Shown piece after piece: positions 28,190-37,863 of a stretch of DNA of 64,000 bases. The notes under the pieces are model-generated. The model made no database searches, was not told the origin of the DNA, and saw only the letters and a program-made list of their open reading frames with translations. Made by a program: the position numbers and the translations under genes. This DNA is from Bdellovibrionales bacterium (GTDB taxonomy: Bacteria; Bdellovibrionota; Bdellovibrionia; Bdellovibrionales; JAGQZY01). Positions within the stretch are counted from its first letter, which is position 1; every line of letters begins with the position of its first letter. The stretch covers positions 256,001 to 320,000 of the forward strand of contig CAXRHT010000001.1 of the NCBI GenBank assembly GCA_964230645.1, written 5' to 3'.

Positions 28190-29398
28190 TCAATCCGAAA
28201 GTTTTTGTAACAGGACCTCTTTATTTTTAATACCCTCTAGTAATTGCAGTCTGTAAAGACGCTTAAGCTCTTTGGCGATCTGAGGACCTGGAGCGACACC
28301 AAACTGAATAAGATCCTCTCCATTAATTAGAATTTCAGGCAGCACTCCCTTTTGAAAGAAGCTTTCTGCTTTTTTGAGCTTTTCAAAAAAGTCCTCTTTG
28401 ATCTTGCCTTGATGGAGTTGAGTGAAGACTTCTAAAGCTAGACGACCATTGGGTTTGGCCAGAAATATGGCCAAATCGACAGGAGCCACGTTTTGAATAT
28501 TACGGAGTTGCGGCAACGACTGAAAGCAATAAATCATTTTCTGAATCATTTTCTTTGGAAGTTTCCAATGAAGTCCAAGCTCAGCTAACTTTTCTTTAGA
28601 CTCCTGGCAGTGGACGAGAAACCAAAGAATCCAAAGGATTTCTTCGTCTTTGCCTCTATTGACGTCAAAAATCTTTTTATACTCTTCAGAGTTGTATTTC
28701 CAACTTCCAAATAAGGGAGACCATAAACCCAGATCATAGGTGCGTCCCATTCCACTGACAGCTTTCTCCGCTTTTAAAATCTTTTCCCATTCGTCACGGA
28801 CGCGTTCCATGGAAACCTGATGGATCATGATACTGAATTTTCGAATCGCTTCACTGGTGTGCTGCTCAATGTGAAATCCTAATTGAGCATGAAAGCGTAC
28901 CGCTCGTAAAATACGCAATTTATCTTCCTCAAAACGTTTTTCTGGAAGGCCTACCGTTCGAATGGTTTTTTTCATTACGTCGTTTTGTCCATTCACAAAG
29001 TCGATGATCTCTTTTTTGTCGATATCGTAAAAAAGAGCATTGATGGTAAAATCTCGTCTTTTGGCATCCTCTTCCATGGAGGAAAATTCGATGGACTCAG
29101 GCTTTCGGCCATCACGGTAAGGACCGTCTTTTCTGAAAGTCGCAACTTCAATATCTTGTCCCCCAACCAGCACGCGAGAAACTCCAAAGGCTTTCCCCAC
29201 CATCACCGTCTTTTCAAACAGGGCCTCGACTTGCTCAGGTTTAGCGTCCGTGGCAATATCGATGTCGTTAGGCATTCGTTGTAATAGGAGATCCCTTACG
29301 GCTCCGCCGGCAATAAGAGACTGAAATCCCTCTTTGGAGAGTGTTTTGTGAATGGCTTCAATGGCTGGCCATTGAGGGTGATTGATAAATGGTGACAC
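28190..29398 (-). CDS. cca: CCA tRNA nucleotidyltransferase / poly(A) polymerase family
   Basis: GGAVRDLLL...DIDIAT, EVATFR, DAKRRDFTINAL and EDKLRILRA.RF motifs. Confidence 0.9.
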   Translation of the reverse strand: MSPFINHPQWPAIEAIHKTLSKEGFQSLIAGGAVRDLLLQRMPNDIDIATDAKPEQVEALFEKTVMVGKAFGVSRVLVGGQDIEVATFRKDGPYRDGRKPESIEFSSMEEDAKRRDFTINALFYDIDKKEIIDFVNGQNDVMKKTIRTVGLPEKRFEEDKLRILRAVRFHAQLGFHIEQHTSEAIRKFSIMIHQVSMERVRDEWEKILKAEKAVSGMGRTYDLGLWSPLFGSWKYNSEEYKKIFDVNRGKDEEILWILWFLVHCQESKEKLAELGLHWKLPKKMIQKMIYCFQSLPQLRNIQNVAPVDLAIFLAKPNGRLALEVFTQLHQGKIKEDFFEKLKKAESFFQKGVLPEILINGEDLIQFGVAPGPQIAKELKRLYRLQLLEGIKNKEVLLQKLSD

Positions 29399-29459
29399 TC
29401 CCTATTAGAAACAAAAAAAAGGAGAACTGTCTATTCTTGATGAAGAAAGGCTAAAAAAA

Positions 29460-30461
29460 TTGAAGGAGAGCTTTGAACTAAGCGCTCTGGCCCATATCCC
29501 TCTTGGACGCCCGCTCAGTCATGAGGCCTTTGATCAATGGCTTGATGAGGGCTTGCAGGCTGATATGGACTACCTTAAAGAAAGTCGTGAAGTTCGCAAA
29601 AACCCTAGTGAGCATTTTAAGCCCATGAAATCCGTACTTCTCGTCACTCAAGAGTACTATCCCATGCCTGAATCCGCTGGCCCTCCCCCTTTTAAATCCT
29701 TGCGAATGGCTCACTACGCTAGAGGAAAAGATTATCACTTCTGGTTTCGTGAGAAACTAAGCCAAATTGCCGGCAAACTTCAAAAGGACTCTCCTAATGA
29801 GAGCTTTCTCTGTTTTACCGATGCCGTTCCCTTTTTGGAAAGGGATTTTGGAGCACAGGCCGCTCTCGGATGGATTGGTAAAAACACCTGTCTTATTCAT
29901 CCTAAAAAAGGCAGTCTCTTTTTTATTGGCGAAATTTTGACAACTCTTGAGGGCCCCAATGAAACCCCTCCCCCGCTTCATGATTTTTGTGGAAAGTGCA
30001 GAGCTTGTATCGACATCTGCCCAACCGAGGCCTTAGATGAGTCCCGTCGTTTGGATGCCAATAAGTGTCTGGCTTTTTGGAATATTGAATCTAAAAAAGT
30101 TCCTCCTCTTGAGATTCGCGAGAAAATGGAGGATTGGTTTTTTGGTTGCGATCTTTGTCAAACGGTCTGCCCATGGAATCTTAAACTTTTTAAGGACCAA
30201 AGCGATTTTGAACAAAGCTCAGGCACCAGAGAATCCCTTGTTGAAGAGCTAGGGTTTGTGTTGAGATCTTCGAACAAACAGCTTATGCGAACACTTAAAG
30301 AAACTCCTTTAAGTCGCGCAGGGGGTCGAGGTTTAAAACGTAACGCTCTAATAGTCATCGCCAATAAAAAGCTGCAGGAATTGAAAACCGATGTCAGCAA
30401 TTTTGAAGATCATCCTCAATTAGGGGAACTCGCCCGATGGACACTCACACAGATTGTGTAA
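29460..30461 (+). CDS. queG: tRNA epoxyqueuosine reductase
   Basis: YARGKDYH, GWIGKNT, CGKCRACIDICPT and FGCDLCQTVCPWN motifs. Confidence 0.95.
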   Translation: MKESFELSALAHIPLGRPLSHEAFDQWLDEGLQADMDYLKESREVRKNPSEHFKPMKSVLLVTQEYYPMPESAGPPPFKSLRMAHYARGKDYHFWFREKLSQIAGKLQKDSPNESFLCFTDAVPFLERDFGAQAALGWIGKNTCLIHPKKGSLFFIGEILTTLEGPNETPPPLHDFCGKCRACIDICPTEALDESRRLDANKCLAFWNIESKKVPPLEIREKMEDWFFGCDLCQTVCPWNLKLFKDQSDFEQSSGTRESLVEELGFVLRSSNKQLMRTLKETPLSRAGGRGLKRNALIVIANKKLQELKTDVSNFEDHPQLGELARWTLTQIV

Positions 30462-30608
30462 ACACATTCACAAATCCGTCTTCCTACTGAGAAGAATTCC
30501 ATCATCCACCATTATATGATGAGTCGTTTTTGAGGGCCTTGAACTCAAGCTTAAGTGCCCGTTATAGTGAAAGACAAATGATAATTATAAATCGAAAGGA
30601 GGCCTTGA

Positions 30609-31187
30609 ATGGCTATCGAACTACCGGAACTCCCTTATTCCAAAGACGCATTGGCACCTCATATTTCTGCCGAAACTCTTGATTACCACTATGGAAAGCA
30701 CCATGCCGGTTACGTAAAAAAATTAAACAACGCAATCGAAGGTACTCCCATGGCGGAGAAGTCTCTTGAAGAGATCGTAAAAAATTCTGACGGTGGAACT
30801 TTTAATAATGCCGCTCAAGTTTGGAATCACACGTTTTACTGGAACTCATTAAGCCCCGATGGTGGTGGAGAGCCTTCAGGTGCCATTGCTGAGGCGATCA
30901 AAAAGCAATTCGGATCTTTTGATGATTTTAAAGATAAGTTCACGGAAGCGGCCACAACACTTTTTGGAAGCGGTTGGGTTTGGTTGATCAAAAATGACGA
31001 TGGTTCTTTAGAGATCTCTAAGATGTCCAACGCTGGCACTCCTCTCGCAGAGGGGAAAACAGCTGTTCTCACATGTGATGTTTGGGAGCATGCTTTTTAT
31101 ATCGATTATAGAAACGCAAAGCCTGATTATATGAAGGCCTTCTGGAACTTGGTAAACTGGGATTTTGCCAATAAAAACTTAGGTTAG
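30609..31187 (+). CDS. sodB: Superoxide dismutase (Fe type likely)
   Basis: HYGKHH, FNNAAQVWNHTFYW, FGSGW and DVWEHA motifs. Confidence 0.93.
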   Translation: MAIELPELPYSKDALAPHISAETLDYHYGKHHAGYVKKLNNAIEGTPMAEKSLEEIVKNSDGGTFNNAAQVWNHTFYWNSLSPDGGGEPSGAIAEAIKKQFGSFDDFKDKFTEAATTLFGSGWVWLIKNDDGSLEISKMSNAGTPLAEGKTAVLTCDVWEHAFYIDYRNAKPDYMKAFWNLVNWDFANKNLG

Positions 31188-31191
31188 TCTT

Positions 31192-32160
31192 TTGAGTTGG
31201 TCGAATTCTTTTCTGCCAGCCGACGACAAACTTTTTTTTAAGTCCACGAAAACGGGAGATCCACGAATGGGTGAGATCTCCCTTTCTTTTTCTATGGACC
31301 AATTAAAAAAAGACAGTTTTGTGCTTGCAGGCTACAGTGATGATGAAGGCATTGGTCTTAACCAAGGACGCCAAGGAGCCAAAGACGCCCCTGACGCCAT
31401 CCGCAGTCGTTTTTATAAAACCACTCGTGGAGAATTTCATAAACCTGATTTCAAGCTTTTAGACCTTGGAAATATTGACCCTAGTCTTGCACTCAAAGAA
31501 AAACACGAAGCGGGAAAAAAAGCAGCCTCCGAAGTTATAAAAAAACAAGGACGTTGGATTGGCTTAGGTGGAGGCCATGACTTTGGATACCCCGATGGAG
31601 CTGGCTTTCTACTGGCCAACAAGGATTCTCAAAAAAAGCCTTTGATCATAAATTTTGATGCCCATTTGGACGTACGCCCCACAGATCAGGGTTTATCAAG
31701 TGGCACCCCTTTTTACCGCCTCCTCACTGATTCCGAGCTTCCCCCTTTTGACTTCGTTGAAGTGGGAATTCAAAGACAGTGCAACTCCTTAGAGCACATT
31801 GAGTGGGCTCAAGAAAAAGGTGTCGAAATTATTTTTATGGAAGATATTCTCATGAGTGGAGAATCTACCTTTAAATATCTGGCTGGTTATTTTGCCGAAA
31901 CTCTTGTGTCTTCACGTCCCACTTTTGTAAGTGTGGACATTGATTGTTTCTCTAGTGCTTATGCCATGGGATGCTCCCAGGCCTGGCCCACGGGATTTAT
32001 CCCTCATGACCTTTTGCCATTTTTCACTCTGCTCTACTCCCGCCTTAACGTTCAGGCTTTAGGAATTTATGAAGTGTCTCCAAGGCTTGATCAAGATGAG
32101 CAAACCGTGAAACTCGCCAGTCAAATTATCCATCAATTCACCGGAGTGATTGGTTCATGA
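31192..32160 (+). CDS. hutG: Formimidoylglutamase (arginase family)
   Basis: DEGI..N.GR.GA, LGGGHD, NFDAHLDVR, SSGTPF and SVDID motifs. Confidence 0.85.
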   Translation: MSWSNSFLPADDKLFFKSTKTGDPRMGEISLSFSMDQLKKDSFVLAGYSDDEGIGLNQGRQGAKDAPDAIRSRFYKTTRGEFHKPDFKLLDLGNIDPSLALKEKHEAGKKAASEVIKKQGRWIGLGGGHDFGYPDGAGFLLANKDSQKKPLIINFDAHLDVRPTDQGLSSGTPFYRLLTDSELPPFDFVEVGIQRQCNSLEHIEWAQEKGVEIIFMEDILMSGESTFKYLAGYFAETLVSSRPTFVSVDIDCFSSAYAMGCSQAWPTGFIPHDLLPFFTLLYSRLNVQALGIYEVSPRLDQDEQTVKLASQIIHQFTGVIGS

Positions 32161-33176
32161 GACTTATTAGTTTTGGAAGTGATAATCACTCAGGTGTTCA
32201 TCCTCTGTTACTCAAAGAAATGGTTGAGGTGAATAGTGGCTTTGCCCCCAGCTACGAGCAGGACCCCTGGTCCAATGAATTAAGAGACCATTTGAAAGTG
32301 ATGTTCAAGGCCACTGAAGTCGCCATGGTCTTCAATGGTACAGCGGCCAACGTTTTATGTATGCAACTGGCCCTAGAGTCCTATCAAGCCGTGCTTTGCT
32401 CCGACGTGGCCCACCTCACTATGGATGAATGTGGCGCACCGGAAAAAATCGCGGGAATCAAACTCTATCCCTTGAAAAGTCATCAGGGAAAAATTAGTCC
32501 TGAGCAAATTAAAGAGGCTCTGGTCCGCAGGGGGGATCAACACCACTCTCAGATCAAGATGGTGTCCGTGACTCAACCCACCGAATACGGCACGGTTTAT
32601 TCCAAGGAAGAGATAAGACAAATCAAGAAGGTCTGCCGAGAAAATGATCTCTATTTACATATCGATGGCGCAAGACTTGCTAATGCAGCTCTAAGTTTAG
32701 ACTGCCCTCTTGGTGAGGTGACTGAAGAGGCCGACGTGCTTTCTTTTGGGGGAGCGAAAAATGGACTGATGATGGGTGAATTTGTCATCAACCGTAATAG
32801 TCAGCTCAAATCAGGGCTTAAATTCTTTCGCAAACAAAGTTTACAGCTTCCTTCAAAGACCCGTTTTCTTTCAGCCCCCTTTCTGAAATACCTTAAAGAT
32901 GATCTTTGGATTGACATAGCCAGACAAGAAAACCGCATGGCCCAGAGATTACGCCAGGGCCTAGAAACGATCGAAGGGGTTGAAATCACTCAGCCCACCG
33001 AAGCAAATGCCGTCTTTTGCAAACTTCCCAAAGATGTCGTAAAAAAACTACGTAAAGAGTTCTTTTTTTATGTCTGGGACGAGAAGAGTTTTGAAGTTCG
33101 ATTGATGACCAGTTTTTCGACCACCAGCGAGCATGTGGACGCATTTCTTGAGGCCATAAAAAAAGCTTTTTCCTAA
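32157..33176 (+). CDS. ltaE: Low-specificity L-threonine aldolase family
   Basis: F.SDN.SG.HP, FNGTAAN, DECGAPE, HIDGARLANA and FGG.KNG motifs. Confidence 0.88.
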   Translation: MRLISFGSDNHSGVHPLLLKEMVEVNSGFAPSYEQDPWSNELRDHLKVMFKATEVAMVFNGTAANVLCMQLALESYQAVLCSDVAHLTMDECGAPEKIAGIKLYPLKSHQGKISPEQIKEALVRRGDQHHSQIKMVSVTQPTEYGTVYSKEEIRQIKKVCRENDLYLHIDGARLANAALSLDCPLGEVTEEADVLSFGGAKNGLMMGEFVINRNSQLKSGLKFFRKQSLQLPSKTRFLSAPFLKYLKDDLWIDIARQENRMAQRLRQGLETIEGVEITQPTEANAVFCKLPKDVVKKLRKEFFFYVWDEKSFEVRLMTSFSTTSEHVDAFLEAIKKAFS

Positions 33177-33190
33177 CAAAGGAGAACCCC

Positions 33191-34270
33191 GTGAGCACTT
33201 ACCCACCCATTCATTACTCTGATTATCTCCAGGTGGATGAACTGACTAATCTTCAAAAGCCTCGCAGCGAGCAGTATGGAGATATGGCTCATGACGAAAT
33301 GCTGTTTATCGTCATCCACCAAACCTATGAGTTATGGTTTAAGCAAATTCTCTTTGAACTCGATTCTGCTATGAAAATTTTCAACCAAGCCAAGATCCAA
33401 GATCGCGATATGCTCACCATCAATTCGCGCCTTGAGAGAATCATTGAGATTCAAAAAATAATGATCGGCCAAGTGGACGTCTTAGAAACTATGACTCCCA
33501 TGGATTTCCTCGAATTCCGTGACTATCTTTACCCTGCCTCTGGATTTCAGAGCACACAATTTCGTTTGATTGAAAACAAACTCGGTATCGATAAGCGTCT
33601 GACTTATAATAAGCAGGACTACAAAGAATCACTAAAAGACGACGACAAAAGCAAAGCAAAAAGCTCTGAAGAGGAAGCATCTTTTTTTGTTTTACTTGAA
33701 AAGTGGCTTGAGAGAACGCCTTTCCTTTCCCAGAAAAACTTTAACTTCTGGCTAACCTACCGCAAAGCCGTTGAAGAGCGCATAACTCAAAATAGAGAGA
33801 ACTTAAAGCTTTCTGAGATAGATGAGGAAACCCGTAAAAAACACGAAAAAGGCATTGAGATGATGGAAAAAAGCTTCCATTCTCTTTTTGATAAAGAAAC
33901 CTACGCCTCTTTAAAAAAAGAGGGCTTGTGGAGACTCTCCCATGACGCTCTCTGTGCCGCTTTATTCATCTACCTTTACCGAGATGAGCCAGCCTTACAA
34001 CTCCCCTTTAATGTTATGCAAAGCCTGCAAACCATTGACGAAAATTTCACTCAATGGAGATACCGTCATGCTCTTATGGTTCATAGAATGATTGGCATTA
34101 AAATGGGCACCGGTGGCTCTAGTGGGCATAAGTATCTGATGGCCGCAAGTGACAAGCACAAGGTCTTTAAAGATCTCAATAACTTGGCTACCTTTTTTAT
34201 TCCAAAATCAGCACTTCCTAAACTTCCAAAAGAAATTTTGGACCAGCTGGCCTTTAACTACAACCCATAA
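33191..34270 (+). CDS. kynA: Tryptophan 2,3-dioxygenase
   Basis: YSDYLQ, HDEMLFI.IHQTYELWFKQI, PASGFQS.QFR, WRYRH and GTGGSSG motifs. Confidence 0.95.
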   Translation: MSTYPPIHYSDYLQVDELTNLQKPRSEQYGDMAHDEMLFIVIHQTYELWFKQILFELDSAMKIFNQAKIQDRDMLTINSRLERIIEIQKIMIGQVDVLETMTPMDFLEFRDYLYPASGFQSTQFRLIENKLGIDKRLTYNKQDYKESLKDDDKSKAKSSEEEASFFVLLEKWLERTPFLSQKNFNFWLTYRKAVEERITQNRENLKLSEIDEETRKKHEKGIEMMEKSFHSLFDKETYASLKKEGLWRLSHDALCAALFIYLYRDEPALQLPFNVMQSLQTIDENFTQWRYRHALMVHRMIGIKMGTGGSSGHKYLMAASDKHKVFKDLNNLATFFIPKSALPKLPKEILDQLAFNYNP

Positions 34271-34305
34271 TGAGACTCTGTGTATACAGCAGGACTTCGC
34301 TCAGG

Positions 34306-34402
34306 GTCGTCCTGAGCGCGGCGACCAGTCATCCTGAGCGTAGCGACCAGTCATCCTGAGCGTAGCGAAGGATCTTAGGTCTTTCGCTACGCTCAAGACG
34401 AC
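34306..34402. repeat. GTC-tagged REP-like cluster 3
   Basis: Two 22-bp tandem units, then GTCATCCTGAGCGTAGCGAAGGATCT head-to-head with AGGTCTTTCGCTACGCTCAAGACGAC. Confidence 0.92.
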
Positions 34403-34421
34403 AAAGCGGAGGCATGAGCCT

Positions 34422-35294
34422 TCACCACAGACTGTCGTAGAAAATAGTCCCAATCGATAGGAAGTTTCCCGCACGGGGGTCGGCATTTTCGGTCTTCCCT
34501 CGGGAGAAGCCCACACTCATTGTAAAATACCACTGTGGATTAAGCTGGAAACCAGCTGAGGGTGTTAATGTCTGAACACTCGAAGAATCAAACTCATTCT
34601 CTACGTGAGAGTAGTCCAGCGTGAAATCCCACCTCTCTCTAAAATATTTCACATAAGCAAAGGCAATAAAGTCTGCAAAGGTTGAACCATAGTTAATGGT
34701 ATCTAGAGAGTAGCCAAGATTTTGAGCGATTGGATAATTAAAAAAGTCAAAACGCAAAGAGTACTGGTACTGCTGATAACTAAGTCCAAATTGAAATTTT
34801 TTATAATCAAGCCCTAGTTGTAACCGCCACCAGAGGTTCTCATCAATCACGTAGTCCTTTTCTGATCGAAAAAGCTGAGCGGATCGATCCGTCAGTTTGG
34901 TTTGAATGTTTCTATAGCCTATATTTAATTCGTAGTTAAATGGGCCCACAAAATTTCTTACAAAGACTGTGGGATTGGTAATCCTCATCTGGTCTGAGAC
35001 CTCAATATACTGATAATCAAAGCCAAAAATCCAGTCCCTCAAAGGGTTCGACTGCACGCCCACGTAAGCCCCTCGATTTTGCCCAGTTTCCTCATCAGTG
35101 AAGTTCAGATGAGAATGAAAAAATCCACCTGAGAAAATAGCATTGCCGGGTGTGGCGAGAGTCATATCCAGACTGGAACTCCGGTTTTTATCATTGTCGA
35201 AGCTTTGAGTAATGCCAACAGAAGACGGCAGAGCCAGGTCGGCATGAGCGCCAGTGACAAAAAAAAGAAAAAGAAAAATAAAAACAATGGGCAT
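34422..35294 (-). CDS. Outer-membrane beta-barrel protein
   Basis: ATG at 35294 coupled (TAATG) to the upstream stop; signal peptide ending AHA; aromatic-rich amphipathic strands; terminal Trp. Confidence 0.7.
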   Translation of the reverse strand: MPIVFIFLFLFFVTGAHADLALPSSVGITQSFDNDKNRSSSLDMTLATPGNAIFSGGFFHSHLNFTDEETGQNRGAYVGVQSNPLRDWIFGFDYQYIEVSDQMRITNPTVFVRNFVGPFNYELNIGYRNIQTKLTDRSAQLFRSEKDYVIDENLWWRLQLGLDYKKFQFGLSYQQYQYSLRFDFFNYPIAQNLGYSLDTINYGSTFADFIAFAYVKYFRERWDFTLDYSHVENEFDSSSVQTLTPSAGFQLNPQWYFTMSVGFSRGKTENADPRAGNFLSIGTIFYDSLW

Positions 35295-35731
35295 TACTGG
35301 CGACGGTCCCTGATTCTTTGGCGTAAACGACGACGCTGGGCTGGATTGAGTCTTTGCCACTGTTGGTAACGTCTTTGTAATCTTGTTTTCTGCCGATCGT
35401 TGTAGTCTCTATAGCGCCTACGGTTGAGCCTGAGTCTGCGTCTCTGTTCTGGTTTCATCCGCTTCCATCGACCGATATTGCGGCGCAGACGCTTGCGCCT
35501 CTGAGGACTCATTTCCCTAAAACGGCGATAAGCCGCGATGATTTTTTTTCTTTTCTCTGAGGACATGGATTTTAATTTTTCCCACCGCTCTTTCACCATG
35601 GCTTTTTGGGAATCAGAGAGTTCATCCCATCGAGACTGATCTTGGCCAAGAGCATTTTTACCCACGAGAAGTAAAAGAGCCTGCAAGGTGGCCGCTTCCA
35701 TAAACTTTTGCAATACCTCTCTACGATTCAT
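35294..35731 (-). CDS. DUF3106-like Arg-rich helical-repeat protein with Tat-like signal
   Basis: GAGGAG RBS; MNRREVLQK N-terminus; repeats like W..LS.EQR..L..R...(W/F). Confidence 0.75.
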   Translation of the reverse strand: MNRREVLQKFMEAATLQALLLLVGKNALGQDQSRWDELSDSQKAMVKERWEKLKSMSSEKRKKIIAAYRRFREMSPQRRKRLRRNIGRWKRMKPEQRRRLRLNRRRYRDYNDRQKTRLQRRYQQWQRLNPAQRRRLRQRIRDRRQ

Positions 35732-35912
35732 CTTCAAACTCCTCAAACTCTTTAAAATCTTCATTGGTCTCTTTGACTTCCGAACCGTCAAGTTCTGAAA
35801 GATTCTCGATCGTGTCCCAATCTTCCTCACTTTCGAGAACATCCATGTTCATGAGAAGGTCGAGATACTTCAACATTTTAGGATCAGGCTGATCAGCTTT
35901 CTTCTCGGCCAT
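35721..35912 (-). CDS. Small acidic protein resembling the anti-sigma C-terminal tail
   Basis: AGAGGAG RBS; overlaps both neighbours; 10 of 21 identities to the tail of 35893..36264. Confidence 0.7.
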   Translation of the reverse strand: MAEKKADQPDPKMLKYLDLLMNMDVLESEEDWDTIENLSELDGSEVKETNEDFKEFEEFEDES

Positions 35913-36264
35913 CCCACTCCTCTAGGACATCTAAGTCCTTATAAAAGTCCAATTTCTCAATCATTTCTTCATCGTATTGATCGATTTCCTCTTCACTCAG
36001 AGAGGCCAATTCTTTTAGGTAATCCTCTTTAGGCTCATCAGCCGCTAGGGGTGGTAGATCGCCATCTTCACTCCCCTCTTCCTGTTGATTAAAAAAGAAA
36101 ATAAGGGCCGCAAGACCGGGAACAAGGGCTAAGAGCCAATTCCATGAAAAAGCAGAGGAAGTGCTCTTCTGGTCCATCTCCTGGCGAACACGCGCCAAGG
36201 TTTTGTGACGAAGCTCTTCTCTCACCTTCTCTTTTACAATGTCGTCCCAATCATTTTTTGCCAT
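35893..36264 (-). CDS. Putative single-pass anti-sigma factor
   Basis: Directly follows the ECF sigma gene; short N-terminal helix, one TM segment, acidic C-terminal tail. Confidence 0.7.
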   Translation of the reverse strand: MAKNDWDDIVKEKVREELRHKTLARVRQEMDQKSTSSAFSWNWLLALVPGLAALIFFFNQQEEGSEDGDLPPLAADEPKEDYLKELASLSEEEIDQYDEEMIEKLDFYKDLDVLEEWDGREES

Positions 36265-36265
36265 A

Positions 36266-36922
36266 TTACCGACTCAACATTTCTTTTAAATTCTGCCGAC
36301 TTCTAAAAAGAAGAGATTTAATGGAGGAAACAGAGACTTCCATCTCTTTTGCTATGTCTTCGTAACTTTTATCCTCTGTCATCCAAATCACCAAAGCCAC
36401 TCTTTGGTTTTCCGGCAACTCTTTAATACATTCTTTCACTCGGTCGCGATCTTCTTCGATGCTTATCAAGTCCAAGATGCTTTGCTGATCCACATCTTCG
36501 ACTTCATAATCCTCGATATCTTCGGCGCGCCTCACTTTTTGTTTTCTAAAAAACGAAAAACAGGCATTTCTCGTTATCTGTAGAAGCCAGGCCTTAAACT
36601 GCCCCTTTGAAGAGTATTTGTCTGAGTTTCGGATGACTTTTACCCATACTTCTTGGCTAATGTCTTCGGCTTGCTCTCGGTCTTTTAATAGTTTTATGCA
36701 GTAACCAAAAACTAAATCACCGTAACGGTTAAAGAGTTCGCTAAAAGCTCTTTCATCACCTTTCGCCGCTTTTTTTAAACACTGATCATCGCTCAAAGCT
36801 GAGAGACTTTGTCCTTTCTGGTCCGCCTCAAAAAAAGCCAAAAGCCACTTCCAAGAAAGATGAGGAAAGGGAATAAATCCCTCTCCTTGATAAAAACTAT
36901 TCACAGTAAGTGAACTGAACAT
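36266..36922 (-). CDS. ECF RNA polymerase sigma factor
   Basis: Region 2 (GD..AF.EL..RY, AEDISQEVW, FKAWL..I.RN) and region 4 (LPENQR, SYEDIA, SIKSLLFRSR). Start may be GTG at 36904. Confidence 0.93.
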   Translation of the reverse strand: MFSSLTVNSFYQGEGFIPFPHLSWKWLLAFFEADQKGQSLSALSDDQCLKKAAKGDERAFSELFNRYGDLVFGYCIKLLKDREQAEDISQEVWVKVIRNSDKYSSKGQFKAWLLQITRNACFSFFRKQKVRRAEDIEDYEVEDVDQQSILDLISIEEDRDRVKECIKELPENQRVALVIWMTEDKSYEDIAKEMEVSVSSIKSLLFRSRQNLKEMLSR

Positions 36923-37781
36923 TTTGAATGTCTCCGTTACTTCTTTCTAAAGTGGCTTGTCCACAGGACTGAAATTCCACTTGTGCTGTCCCCTCAAGAC
37001 TCCCAGTATACTCAACCGATAGGCTTCCCGAAACAGGATGACAACATGAGCTAGACCAGCGTAAATCTTGGGCGCTATACGTGGCCACAAATTCCGCTAG
37101 GTTATGAATCACCTCAATCTGACCATTATTGACCTGCCTTTGTCCTCTCGCTAAGCCGCCAGAAATTTCTAAGGCTGAAATCGTGCGAATGCTCTTATTT
37201 CTTAAAACACGGCCGTTGCGGGTAAAAATCTTGTTCTTTCCTAAAATATCTAAACTGTGCCCAGAAGAGGTTTTCGTCAAAAGAGCCCCTCCACCGATGA
37301 TTTCCCCGCGGTAGTCTTCTTGATCTTGACTGGTTACACTCAATTGACCGCCCCTCGGCCCCACTAATTCATATTGATAAGTTCGAGCCACATCATCTCC
37401 TGTCTGATCCATAGAACAATCGTTTTGAGAGTAATCAAGATTGATCTCTCCACTAGCCAGCACCTGCCCTCGAAACATAGAGCAGTCAGAAAACTGAGAG
37501 TTCTTAATTCCACTGCTGCAAGCTTTAAACACAGGCCTGATACAACCAGCGGCATAAGCTTTAGGAAATAATATTTCCTCTAAAGTTTCCAGGCTGTTTT
37601 GGGGAGTTGCCTTGGCGTAGGATTCTCCAGCTTGGTCATCGATCATGGCTCCCATAGTGGTAACGGCATCCTCAAGAGAAGAAGATAAATCCTCATCGGC
37701 TCCTGGAGTGCCAAGGTTTTCTTTACCGCGACAGTTGATAATTAAAAGACTCATTAAAGCGAATAAAAATAGGTTCCTCAT
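36897..37781 (-). CDS. Cys-containing beta-rich lipoprotein
   Basis: AAGGAG RBS before ATG at 37781; lipobox-like IINC. Confidence 0.75.
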   Translation of the reverse strand: MRNLFLFALMSLLIINCRGKENLGTPGADEDLSSSLEDAVTTMGAMIDDQAGESYAKATPQNSLETLEEILFPKAYAAGCIRPVFKACSSGIKNSQFSDCSMFRGQVLASGEINLDYSQNDCSMDQTGDDVARTYQYELVGPRGGQLSVTSQDQEDYRGEIIGGGALLTKTSSGHSLDILGKNKIFTRNGRVLRNKSIRTISALEISGGLARGQRQVNNGQIEVIHNLAEFVATYSAQDLRWSSSCCHPVSGSLSVEYTGSLEGTAQVEFQSCGQATLERSNGDIQNVQFTYCE

Positions 37782-37805
37782 GGATTCTCCTTTGTTCATA
37801 GAGAC

Positions 37806-37830
37806 AACGTATGAGCCTTAAGAGAGTTGC
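37806..37830 (-). promoter_or_regulatory. Putative ECF-sigma promoter heading the sigma operon
   Basis: GCAAC-N16-CGTT on the minus strand, matching the generic ECF AAC/CGT consensus. Confidence 0.6.
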
Positions 37831-37863
37831 GGGATTTTATCAATTATATATAAAGCTATGATT

